Shown here one piece after another: positions 19,410 through 31,214 of a stretch of 44,755 nucleotides of DNA. Position numbers and translations under genes: made by a program. The first letter of the stretch is position 1, and every line of letters starts with the position of its first letter. The DNA is taken from contig JBIIXZ010000002.1 of assembly GCA_044347055.1 (NCBI GenBank), positions 1-44,755 on the forward strand, written 5' to 3'. The stretch comes from Bdellovibrionia bacterium. GTDB taxonomy: Bacteria > Bdellovibrionota > UBA1018. The notes under the pieces were generated by a model that did no database searches, was not told the DNA's origin, and saw nothing but the letters and a program-made list of their open reading frames with translations.

Positions 19410-20759
19410 ATGCACTCTCATCTTCGCGGACACCCCGCTCTGATCCAGGCAGCCGACGCCCTGAGCCGCCTCGGCGCACGGAAATTCGAAATCTACTTCC
19501 AACGCAAGGCATCCACTCGAATCGAGGCGAAGGGCCAAAAAATTGACAACCTCGCCCGCTCCGAAGACGCCGGCCTTTCATTCCGGATCCTCCGTGAAGG
19601 ACGAATCGGCTTCAGCTACACCACGTCACTCGATCGCGAAGCCATCGATCGCGCGATCCGGTCCGCATGGGAGATTGCGGGCTTCATGCCTGAGGATCCT
19701 CATCACGACCTACTGTCCTTCTGCGAGACTCCGTACCCTTCCCTCGATCGCCTGGACTCAGGGGGCCTCGCCCTGCCGGTCGAGCACAAGATCGCCCGAG
19801 CACTCGAGCTCGAAGCGTCCTGCCTGGCCGCCGATCCACGGATACGGGCCGTTCGCAAGGCGTCGCTCTCCGAGACCCGCTATGAAATCAGCCTGATCGA
19901 CTCCTCCGGCGAGCAGCTCTGGCATGAAGGCTCGATGTATTCGGCCGCCATCTCCTGCCGCGCCGAGAGCGGGGGCGACAACCAGATGGGCCATGCCTCC
20001 GCCCATGCCACGCATTTCGAGGAGCTCAACGTCGCTGATGTCGCCCGGAAGGCTGCGATCGATGCGGCTGAAAAACTCGATGCCACGACCGCCTCCACGC
20101 GGACCTGCCCTGCGGTGATACGGCGCGATGCCATGGCCGACCTGGTCTCGTTCCTCTCGTCGTCATTTTCAGCCGAACAGGTCGACAAGGGACGAAGCAT
20201 GCTGAGCGGGCGGCTCGGAGAGCGCATTTTCAGCGAAAAGGTGAATCTGGTCGACGATGGCCTTCTTGCAGGAGGTGCGGCCAGCTCGCCCTTCGATGGA
20301 GAAGGAACGCCCTGCCGGCGAACCACTCTGGTGGACGGCGGAACGCTGAGCTCTCTGCTTTACGACAGCTACCATGCGAGGAAACACGGTCGCGCCTCCA
20401 CCGGCAGTGCGGGCCGAAGCATCAAATCTCCGCCGGGAATCGGCTCGACGAATCTCTATCTGGAACCGGGTCGACTGCCGATCGAACGCCTCATCGAAGC
20501 TGCCGGAGACGGCGTCGTCATCACGGATCTGATGGGAGTCCATACTGCCAATCCGGTGACAGGCGACTTTTCGCTGGGAGCCTCGGGTTTCCTGATCAAG
20601 AATGGAAGAATCGGTCGCGCCATCAGGGGCTTCGCGGTTGCGGGCAATCTCCGGAACCTATTTGGGTCCATTGCGGAGCTCGGAAGCGACCTCGAATTTT
20701 TCGGTTCTGTCGGCGCGCCGAGCGCCCTCGTGCCGGAGCTTTCCGTGGGAGGAAGCTGA
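19410..20759 (+). CDS. TldD/PmbA family metallopeptidase component
   Basis: Family blocks GLSFRILREGRIGFSYT, PFDGEG and GDFSLGASGFLIKNG. The start is taken at the ATG at 19410. Confidence 0.75.
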   Translation: MHSHLRGHPALIQAADALSRLGARKFEIYFQRKASTRIEAKGQKIDNLARSEDAGLSFRILREGRIGFSYTTSLDREAIDRAIRSAWEIAGFMPEDPHHDLLSFCETPYPSLDRLDSGGLALPVEHKIARALELEASCLAADPRIRAVRKASLSETRYEISLIDSSGEQLWHEGSMYSAAISCRAESGGDNQMGHASAHATHFEELNVADVARKAAIDAAEKLDATTASTRTCPAVIRRDAMADLVSFLSSSFSAEQVDKGRSMLSGRLGERIFSEKVNLVDDGLLAGGAASSPFDGEGTPCRRTTLVDGGTLSSLLYDSYHARKHGRASTGSAGRSIKSPPGIGSTNLYLEPGRLPIERLIEAAGDGVVITDLMGVHTANPVTGDFSLGASGFLIKNGRIGRAIRGFAVAGNLRNLFGSIAELGSDLEFFGSVGAPSALVPELSVGGS

Positions 20760-20765
20760 GTTTTC

Positions 20766-21512
20766 ATGACGAAGGTCCGTTCGATTTTCATCACGGATGT
20801 GGGCTCGAAGCGCGCCAAGAACCAGGACAACGGCCTGGCCTCCCCCGAGTACGGCTTCTGCGTGATCGCAGACGGCATGGGCGGCCACCGTGGCGGAGAA
20901 ACCGCGAGCCGCATCGCCGTCGAAAAGCAGAGCGAATCGCTGATCCGTCCCTCGCAAGGAAAGCCGTTGCCCGACCGCATGATCGAGGGCCTGAGGCAGG
21001 CGCACGACAGCATTTACCAGATGTCGCAGGAAAATGAGTCGCTCCGAGGCATGGGCACCACCTCGACCTTCCTGGCCCTGGATGACTCCAAGAATCCCAG
21101 CGAAGCCTGGATCACCCACGTCGGAGACTCCCGCTGCTATCTCGTGAAACCCGGAGCCATCTGGCAGCTCACCCGCGATCACTCGATGGTCCAGGAGAAG
21201 CTTCGTGCGGGACTCATCACGCGCGAGCAGCTCAAGACCGACGTCATGCGGAACGTCATCACGCGCTCCGTCGGTTTCGAGCTCCAGCTCGATCCGGACC
21301 TCTACCACCTCGAGGTTTCGAGCAATGATCTTTTCCTGCTTTGCTCGGACGGGCTCACAGGCCAGCTGGAAGACCTCGAAATCCTGGCGGTCGTCGATGA
21401 GTGCCGGCCATCGAGGGACTGGGAAGAGTGCGCACGGCGACTGATCGCCCTCGCCAATGAACGCGGCGGCGACGACAACATCAGCGTCGGCATTCTCGAT
21501 ATCGGAGACTGA
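20766..21512 (+). CDS. PP2C-family Ser/Thr protein phosphatase (Stp-like)
   Basis: Motifs ADGMGGHRGGE, THVGDSRCY, LCSDGL and GGDDNISV. Confidence 0.85.
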   Translation: MTKVRSIFITDVGSKRAKNQDNGLASPEYGFCVIADGMGGHRGGETASRIAVEKQSESLIRPSQGKPLPDRMIEGLRQAHDSIYQMSQENESLRGMGTTSTFLALDDSKNPSEAWITHVGDSRCYLVKPGAIWQLTRDHSMVQEKLRAGLITREQLKTDVMRNVITRSVGFELQLDPDLYHLEVSSNDLFLLCSDGLTGQLEDLEILAVVDECRPSRDWEECARRLIALANERGGDDNISVGILDIGD

Positions 21513-21513
21513 A

Positions 21514-22467
21514 ATGGGACGACCGAACCGCTACTACACGCTGCTCGTCATTCCGGAACACACTTCCGCGGTCCGACGCTGGATCATTCCCAACTGGGTG
21601 GTCCGAACGGCAGGCGTTGCAGGACTTTTCGTGGTGACGATCGGGATCATCATGATCCTCGACTACTGGTACGTCATGGGCCAGATCTCCGAAAACAAGG
21701 AGCTGCGGGTCGAGAATCGACAGCTGCGCCAGCAGGTGCAGGTCTTCGAGAACAAGATTGCCACCATCGAGGAGACGATGGAGCGGATCAGGACCTTCAG
21801 CACTCGCCTGAAGGTGATCACGAACATCGAAGACCGGAACAAGCTGATCGAGTCGCTCAACGAAAACCTTCCGGACGCCTCGACCAACATCGAAACGAAG
21901 TTTGCCCTTCGTTCGGCCGGCGGCAGTGCGGCAAACCCGGAAGAGCTCCGCCTGGCTCGGAACCAGGCGGACTGGGAGCTCCGGTTCAGCCAGATCTCTC
22001 AGCAGAGTTCGCTTCTGGAGCAGCAGCTTCATGACCAATACGAGCTGCTCTCCGACCAGCGCGCCTTTCTCGACGCGACGCCGACCCGCAAGCCTGCCGT
22101 GGGCTATTTCACTTCCGGTTTCGGCGTCCGCAAATCACCGTATGGCGGCCGAGAAAAGATGCATGAGGGCCTGGATATCGCCAATTATCCGGGCACCGCG
22201 ATCCGAGCTCCGGCCGATGGCACCGTGACCTTCGCGGGCAGCAAGGCCGGATACGGCCAGACGCTGATCATCGACCATGGGTACCGCCTCGAAACCTGGT
22301 ACGCCCACAACAGCAAGATCCTGGTTCGAGTCGGGCAGCGCGTGCGGCGCGGCGACCCCATCGCCCGCCTCGGAAACAGCGGCCGCAGCACCGGTCCGCA
22401 CCTGCATTACGAGGTGCGTATTAATGGCACTCCCGTCGATCCGCTCTCGTACATTTTAGAAAACTGA
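21514..22467 (+). CDS. M23 family metallopeptidase (murein endopeptidase-like) with N-terminal TM anchor and coiled coil
   Basis: Motifs HEGLDIA and [10 protein letters not shown] segment [17 protein letters not shown]. The start lies 1 nt after the PP2C stop. Confidence 0.85.
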   Translation: MGRPNRYYTLLVIPEHTSAVRRWIIPNWVVRTAGVAGLFVVTIGIIMILDYWYVMGQISENKELRVENRQLRQQVQVFENKIATIEETMERIRTFSTRLKVITNIEDRNKLIESLNENLPDASTNIETKFALRSAGGSAANPEELRLARNQADWELRFSQISQQSSLLEQQLHDQYELLSDQRAFLDATPTRKPAVGYFTSGFGVRKSPYGGREKMHEGLDIANYPGTAIRAPADGTVTFAGSKAGYGQTLIIDHGYRLETWYAHNSKILVRVGQRVRRGDPIARLGNSGRSTGPHLHYEVRINGTPVDPLSYILEN

Positions 22468-22481
22468 TTTATCGTTCCGGC

Positions 22482-25340
<2,859 letters not shown>

Positions 25341-25355
25341 TCCACACTGAGAGGG

Positions 25356-26294
25356 ATGACCTCGGAAAAGTGGTTCGACTGGGACACTTCCGACAGCCCT
25401 GGGGCGGAGGCTTCCGCACCCGCGGTGTCGCCTGAAGTTTCCTCTGATGCGGGAACTCCCCTCCCGGAGGGCGGCGGGGTGGTGCCACCCGCGGCTCTGG
25501 ACGAGTTTCAGCCCCTGGAGGCGATGCCGGTCGAGCCGATGGCCGGCGAGCCTGCGGAGTCTCCAGCACCAGCCCTTTCGGATGCGCTTTCAGATCCGCC
25601 TGCGGATGCCCGCTTCGACCAGCAGGAGCAGCGGACTGCGACAGCCCTGAAGCAGTTGAATGTGCCTGCTCCGCCCGCGGTCGTGGATGCGGCGCGCCCG
25701 TTTCACCTCTGGATCACCGGAGCGCTTCGAAACCATGAGAAGGAACGCCTGGTCGAGCTGATTGCCCGAGAGAACTTCGGAATCCGCGAAGTCGATCTTG
25801 AAATTCAGTTCGAGGCCGGTCGGATCCTGCTGCCACGGATCAGCGAATTTTGCGTCGTCCTCGTGGCGCAAACGCTTCGCGGGGCGGCCGTTGAATTGAA
25901 GCTCGAACCGAGCGAGCATGCCACCGCCCCACACTCTCCCGATGGGTTTCAAGCCCGGCTGAACCCCGCCTCGGCGCAATCGAAGAGCGCGCCCCATCCT
26001 GCAGAGGATCTTCCGGTCACCGACCAGCCCCTGTTCGCGGGACGTGGCGAGCACGAGGCCCTCGATGTCCTCATGGCCACCGGAATGATCCAGGAGCCGG
26101 AATGGCGAGCCGAGACGAGCGATGCCTTCTCTGAAATGGTCGAATCGCTGAAGCGCGAGCTTCGCTTCAAGGCACACTTGAAGGGAGCCGACGGGCTCGT
26201 GAACTACGAGGCGAAGGTCATGAATAGTCCCTGGATCACCGAATCCGAATGCCGCATCCAGGTGACCGCGACTGCCGTACGATTTCGGAAGTGA
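25356..26294 (+). CDS. Hypothetical protein (acidic/Pro-rich N-terminus, two globular segments)
   Basis: RBS GAGGG precedes the ATG. GC3-rich codons. No motif recognised. Confidence 0.5.
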   Translation: MTSEKWFDWDTSDSPGAEASAPAVSPEVSSDAGTPLPEGGGVVPPAALDEFQPLEAMPVEPMAGEPAESPAPALSDALSDPPADARFDQQEQRTATALKQLNVPAPPAVVDAARPFHLWITGALRNHEKERLVELIARENFGIREVDLEIQFEAGRILLPRISEFCVVLVAQTLRGAAVELKLEPSEHATAPHSPDGFQARLNPASAQSKSAPHPAEDLPVTDQPLFAGRGEHEALDVLMATGMIQEPEWRAETSDAFSEMVESLKRELRFKAHLKGADGLVNYEAKVMNSPWITESECRIQVTATAVRFRK

Positions 26295-27998
26295 TCACGG
26301 CTGAAGGCAGATTCGCCCTTCGCGACACGCCGACTCCAGCGCTGCGCTGAGCGCCTCCTCCTCTTCGCGGGACATCTGAACGAACGAAACTCCCATTCGG
26401 CTCAAAGCCCTTCCGGTCCATCGCACCTGGCAGATGAACTCCCTCACTTTCGAACCCAGCTCCGCCTCCAGCGGGGTTCCACGAAACGAGGTGCGTAGTG
26501 AAAATACGGTTCCCACCGGCGCCAGATGTTCCGACTCGATCATCATTCCTTCAGTGGACAAGTCCAGGACCCGGCCGCGCGACTGCAGGCAAGACTCACG
26601 GTGTAGCACGTCGTTATGCCGGAACTCGAGATCCATGGCGCTGCCGAAGGCATAACGAGCGAATCGACGCCGAACAGAAGGATCGACAAACTCCTGTCCC
26701 TCATCAATGCCACGCTTGAAGAACCCTTCTTCGGGCCTGACCTTCAGGAAATACCGGCAGCGCCTGACGTATTCCATTGCTACGGCATCCTGGGGATAGA
26801 CTGCCAGGCAGTGCCGGAACCGCTCGAGAGCCTCGACGAACTTTCGCTCGGAGTAGGCCTCGATGCCCGAGAGGAAGGTTCGACGGATCTCGAGCTTTTT
26901 TCGCAGGATCGGCTCCGGATCTCCCGAGAACAGCTCGAAAACCTGGACAGGCTGCGACCGCCCGCGAACCCGAAGGTTGTCGACCAGCCTGCAGGCCGAC
27001 TCGCGCGTCACCGGGTCCAGGCGATCATGGGTGCTCGCAGAAATCAGCACCTGCGAGTGGAACGACTTGGTGAGCTTCTCGATCCGCGCCGAAAGATTCA
27101 CATGGTCTCCCATGACGGTGCTGGTCATGCGCTCCTGTGAACCGATCGCGGCGTACACGACCGGCCCCGTATTGATGCCGATTCCGACGCGAAGATGCTC
27201 GAAGTCCGCGCTCGATTTTTCCGCAAGCCGTGAAAGGATCCACCTCTGCACTTGCACCGCTGCAGCCGCCGCCTTGATGGACGATTCCTCTCCTTCAAAA
27301 ACGGCCATGAAGGAATCGCCGCTGAAATTGTCGATGTATCCATCGTGGGCGGAGATCATCGGAACGAGGTTCTGAAAGAGCTCGCCCAGGATCTTCACGC
27401 TCGTCTCGGAGCCGAGGCGCTCCGCGAGGCTCGTGAATCCGCGAACGTCCAGGAAAAGTACGGTCACCTCGTCGTCATCGTAGATGCCGGGCTCGACCCG
27501 CAGCGTCGTCCGAATGCGCTCCTGGAATTTTCGGGGAACAAACTGCAGGAAGAGCTCATTGAGCTTTGCCAGCTCGGCGGTGCGTTCGCGGACTCGAAGC
27601 TCCAGCTGGTCATTCACGCGCATCAGAAGAGATCGATTTTCCAAGGCCTTTCGCTGGATGCGGATTCGCGCACGGATCAGCGCGGGCGAGCACGGCTTGG
27701 CGATAAAATCGGCAACGCCTTGCTCCAGTGATGCCTCGGCATTCGATCCTTCGGAAATGACGATGACCGGAGTGTCGAACTCATCCGTGATTCCAAGGAC
27801 AGCTTCGAGGACGCCATTTTCAACCGCTCCGGGATCCACGAGCATGAGATCGGGCCTCTCGGAAAGCAGGGCCGTGCGCCAATCGCCATCGGTCGACAGG
27901 ATGATGGGTTCAAAGCTCCACTCCTGAAGCCAGCGCGCCAGCGCCGTTCGCCATGCCCCATCGTCGTCCCAGACCGCCACCCGAAACCGAGCTGCCAT
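26295..27998 (-). CDS. Response-regulator receiver - class III adenylate/guanylate cyclase - PilZ domain fusion protein
   Basis: REC: D11-D13, D55 (LMLVD), S82, K101-P. Cyclase: FLDVRGFT (D184), GDSFMAVF (D228), VNLSAR (N301, R305). PilZ: RRRFAR (443-448) and DLSTEG (479-484). Confidence 0.8.
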   Translation of the reverse strand: MAARFRVAVWDDDGAWRTALARWLQEWSFEPIILSTDGDWRTALLSERPDLMLVDPGAVENGVLEAVLGITDEFDTPVIVISEGSNAEASLEQGVADFIAKPCSPALIRARIRIQRKALENRSLLMRVNDQLELRVRERTAELAKLNELFLQFVPRKFQERIRTTLRVEPGIYDDDEVTVLFLDVRGFTSLAERLGSETSVKILGELFQNLVPMISAHDGYIDNFSGDSFMAVFEGEESSIKAAAAAVQVQRWILSRLAEKSSADFEHLRVGIGINTGPVVYAAIGSQERMTSTVMGDHVNLSARIEKLTKSFHSQVLISASTHDRLDPVTRESACRLVDNLRVRGRSQPVQVFELFSGDPEPILRKKLEIRRTFLSGIEAYSERKFVEALERFRHCLAVYPQDAVAMEYVRRCRYFLKVRPEEGFFKRGIDEGQEFVDPSVRRRFARYAFGSAMDLEFRHNDVLHRESCLQSRGRVLDLSTEGMMIESEHLAPVGTVFSLRTSFRGTPLEAELGSKVREFICQVRWTGRALSRMGVSFVQMSREEEEALSAALESACREGRICLQP

Positions 27999-28038
27999 TA
28001 CTCTTGAGGGTACCCGAGCGCAGGCCTAGAGTGAAGCC

Positions 28039-28764
28039 ATGTGCGGCCGTTTCGTGCTGAAGACAGACCTTGCCCGGCTCCTCGACACCTTCCGTGCGAG
28101 CGTGCTTGAGCCCCACGAATTCCGACCTCGCTACAACATCGCACCATCGCAGGAGATTCCGGTGGTTGTGTCCGTGGCGACCGGGGACCGCAGTGTGCAG
28201 TGGATGAAGTGGGGCCTCATTCCTTCCTGGTCCGGCGACAAATCGATGGCCTCCAGCCTGATCAACGCGCGAGCGGAGACGGCGGCGGAGAAGCCTTCAT
28301 TTCGAGCCCCATTTCGGAGTCGCAGGTGCATCGTTCCGGCCACGGGCTTTTACGAATGGAAAAGCGGCGGAGGAAAACGAAAGGTTCCGCACCTCATTGA
28401 AGTGGATGGCCAGCCCCTCTTTGCGATGGCGGGATTATGGGATCGTTGGGAAGTCCGCGACCTCTCCGGAAATAAGAGCGGCGAAATCATCGAGACCTTT
28501 TCCATTCTCACCGTGGACGCCATTCCGGAACTTCAATGGCTCCATCATCGAATGCCACGCATCGTCTCGGGAGCGGAGCTCGAGCAGTGGCTCGATCCCG
28601 CCTCCGATCCTGCCGAGCTGACGGAATGGATTGCTCGCCCACCCGAAGTCCGCATCCGCCACCGGGCCGTGACTCGCGACGTGAACTCGCCACAGAATGA
28701 TTCTCCGGAGCTGCTGGACACTCCGCCTGAAACCGATCTCTTTGGAAACTGGATCGAGGACTGA
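28039..28764 (+). CDS. SOS-response-associated peptidase (SRAP/YedK), abasic-site processing protein
   Basis: N-terminal MCGRF with catalytic Cys2. Family blocks PRYNIAPSQ, GFYEW and HHRMPRIV. Confidence 0.85.
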   Translation: MCGRFVLKTDLARLLDTFRASVLEPHEFRPRYNIAPSQEIPVVVSVATGDRSVQWMKWGLIPSWSGDKSMASSLINARAETAAEKPSFRAPFRSRRCIVPATGFYEWKSGGGKRKVPHLIEVDGQPLFAMAGLWDRWEVRDLSGNKSGEIIETFSILTVDAIPELQWLHHRMPRIVSGAELEQWLDPASDPAELTEWIARPPEVRIRHRAVTRDVNSPQNDSPELLDTPPETDLFGNWIED

Positions 28765-28774
28765 GCCTGGAGGA

Positions 28775-29536
28775 TCAGGCCGGGCCCGCAAGGAGCTTCT
28801 GCAGCAGAGGGTGCTCCGGAAAGCTGCCTCCTGTTTCGAGGATCTGCCGAAGCTCCGCGTAGCTTCCTCTCCATGCGGGAGCCTTCATGCCATCCAGCAT
28901 GAGGGGAGACACTCTGCGGTATTTTCCGACGATGTAGACCGGCATTCCGATTCGCGTTGCAGGAAGGTCCATGCGGACATCATCTCCGATCAGCAGCGTG
29001 GTCGCCGCCTGGAAGCCTTCCTGCTCGAGCACCTCGGTATAGTACTCAGGAGCGGGCTTGCAGGCCTTCATCCTTCGCACGTGCGTGATGGAACGAAACG
29101 TGGCGACATCGATTCCCGCCCACTGAAGCCGAAGATGGGCGATTTCCTCGGGCCATACCGGATTCGTCGCGAGCACCATCGGATAGCGTGTCTTCGCCCA
29201 TTCCAGGAATTCCTTGGCACCCTGGATCGGATAAAAGTGCCGCGAGAGCGCAGGAAAAATCTGGAATATCCCCGCTCGAAGGATCTGCCGTGCCTCCTCC
29301 ATCGTGACATCCAGCTTGTCGGCCATCAGCGTGACCACCCGCATGTCATTGGTGAACTCGCGATCCGGACGATCGAAGGCCTTCTTGATGTCGATCAATG
29401 CACGGAGTGAATTCCGAACGCCGAGGCGCGGACGGAGCCCCGCCACCGCTCTCGCAATAAAGTCGAGAGACAGGAGCCATCCGTTGTTTCCGAGCAGCGT
29501 GCCATCGAGGTCGACGAGGAGCGATTCGATCTTCAT
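28775..29536 (-). CDS. HAD-superfamily hydrolase
   Basis: Motif I VDLDGTLL at the N-terminus and GDDVRMD near the C-terminus. ATG at 29536. The 643-aa track ORF is an upstream over-extension. Confidence 0.75.
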   Translation of the reverse strand: MKIESLLVDLDGTLLGNNGWLLSLDFIARAVAGLRPRLGVRNSLRALIDIKKAFDRPDREFTNDMRVVTLMADKLDVTMEEARQILRAGIFQIFPALSRHFYPIQGAKEFLEWAKTRYPMVLATNPVWPEEIAHLRLQWAGIDVATFRSITHVRRMKACKPAPEYYTEVLEQEGFQAATTLLIGDDVRMDLPATRIGMPVYIVGKYRRVSPLMLDGMKAPAWRGSYAELRQILETGGSFPEHPLLQKLLAGPA

Positions 29537-29578
29537 GACGAAATTCAGGGTAGCAGAACACCTCGAAGCCTTGCCAGA

Positions 29579-30772
29579 ATGGAGGTCATCGCCATGAAGA
29601 TTTCGCCTGCGAACCGGCGCACCCAAACCGGATCCGGAGTCCTGCTGGAGCTGCGAAAGCCGAAAACCTTGAACGCGCTGGACCTGGACGATTTCGTCGA
29701 GATCGAACGGGTGCTCGATGACGCCGAGCGCGACTCGAATGTCCGTTTTCTGGCGATTTGGGCGCCCCTGGATGCCTCGCCCCGAGCCTTCTGCGCGGGA
29801 GGAGACGTCCGGCGCCTTCATGACGAGTACCGCCGCTCCGGCACCCTCGACCACGGCTCGCGGTTTTTTCAGGCGGAGTATCGAGTCGACCAGCGAATCT
29901 GGAATTTTCCGAAGCCGGTCATCGCGCTCACCCACGGCATCACCATGGGTGGTGGAATCGGGCTGATTCGTGGCGCATCGATCCGCATCGCCTGTGAAAC
30001 TTCCATCTGGGCCATGCCCGAGATCTCGATCGGACTTTATCCTGACGTGGGTGCGACGTACTTTTTTTCTCGACTGCCGGAAACCTGGGCTGCTTTCCTG
30101 GCGCTGACCGGCGCGAGGATTGGAATTGCCGACACCCTGCGGCTCGGACTTGCCACGCATCGCTGCCGGCAGGAGGATCTTCCACGAATCATCGACCAGC
30201 TCGATCGACTCACCGCCGAGAGCGTCGGCGCGCTCGACTTCCGGGACGAGTCGATCCTGAAGGCAGTCGGAGCCCTGCTCTCGACTGAATCGCCGGATAC
30301 CCCAGCACCTACCGCTGCAGCCATCCGCTCGTGGAATCACGATTGGCCGGCCATCGAATCCCTTTTCGGAGATCTTGCGCTCCAGCGCAATGAGCAGGCC
30401 GCAACGGCAACCGCCCTTTGGCAGGATGCCCGGCAACTTCGGGACGATCCTTCGACCGGCCCCGAGCTCCGCGAGGCGCTCGACACCCTGCTGTCGGGCT
30501 CTCCCGCGTCCGTGCGGCTGATCCTCGAGCAGCTTCGAATCAGCCGAGCCCATCGAGGCCGGGGCCTCGAGGCGCTGCCCTCCGCCTTCGAGTGGGAATA
30601 CTCGGCATCGATGAATTGCATGAAGCACGGAGACTTTTTCGAAGGGGTTCGATCCAGGCTGGTCGACAAGGACTTTCGTGAACCCGGTCGTCCCCGCTGG
30701 AAACACCGCTCGCCGGAGGAGCTCGATCCGGAAGAAATCTCAGTGCTTCTTCCCGGCAAGGTTCCAAGCTAA
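29579..30772 (+). CDS. Enoyl-CoA hydratase/isomerase family protein, 3-hydroxyisobutyryl-CoA hydrolase-like
   Basis: Motifs FCAGGDVR, KPVIALTHGITMGGGIGL, MPEISIGLYPDVGATYFFSRLP and FEGVRSRLVDKD. Confidence 0.75.
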   Translation: MEVIAMKISPANRRTQTGSGVLLELRKPKTLNALDLDDFVEIERVLDDAERDSNVRFLAIWAPLDASPRAFCAGGDVRRLHDEYRRSGTLDHGSRFFQAEYRVDQRIWNFPKPVIALTHGITMGGGIGLIRGASIRIACETSIWAMPEISIGLYPDVGATYFFSRLPETWAAFLALTGARIGIADTLRLGLATHRCRQEDLPRIIDQLDRLTAESVGALDFRDESILKAVGALLSTESPDTPAPTAAAIRSWNHDWPAIESLFGDLALQRNEQAATATALWQDARQLRDDPSTGPELREALDTLLSGSPASVRLILEQLRISRAHRGRGLEALPSAFEWEYSASMNCMKHGDFFEGVRSRLVDKDFREPGRPRWKHRSPEELDPEEISVLLPGKVPS

Positions 30773-30784
30773 ACAGGAGTGGTC

Positions 30785-31186
30785 ATGGAAAAACGATCCG
30801 TCATCGAGCTGATCCGCACCCACCTCGAGGAAGAGCTGGCCGAGCTTCGCTCAGCGGACAGCATTTCGAGCCAACCCGATCCTCGGATCCAGGAGCTCGA
30901 ACGGGCGCTGCTGATGTATCGGTTCCTGCCCATCCGTGACTTTGACGCAGGCGACGTGGTCGCTCCGGCAAGCCTGTCCGAGCTCGAGCTCTCCGGCAGG
31001 AAAATGTGGGTGCTTCTCGTTCCGCAGCACGGTGGCCTCGTCACGCAGTTCGCGGGACAACCTGTTCAGGTCGTGACACCGAACTCTCCGCTGGGCGAAG
31101 CCATGCTCGGAAAAAAGCAGGGAGAGTCGTTCCGGGTCCAGGCCGGAACAGGAACGCGCGACTATCGAATTCTCCGGATCCTCTAG
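30785..31186 (+). CDS. GreA/GreB-family (Rnk-like) C-terminal domain protein
   Basis: AGGAG RBS lies 5 nt upstream. NSPLGEAMLGKKQGESFRV matches the Gre C-terminal domain signature. Confidence 0.65.
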   Translation: MEKRSVIELIRTHLEEELAELRSADSISSQPDPRIQELERALLMYRFLPIRDFDAGDVVAPASLSELELSGRKMWVLLVPQHGGLVTQFAGQPVQVVTPNSPLGEAMLGKKQGESFRVQAGTGTRDYRILRIL

Positions 31187-31214
31187 CTTCCGATAGGCCG
31201 GAACGAAAAGCCCG

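Noticed and set aside
29537-30706. N-terminal ~390 aa of the 643-aa minus-strand ORF 28775..30706
   Set aside because: This portion is antisense to the enoyl-CoA hydratase-family gene and has no motifs. The HAD domain begins exactly at the internal ATG at 29536 (MKIESLLVDLDGTLL).
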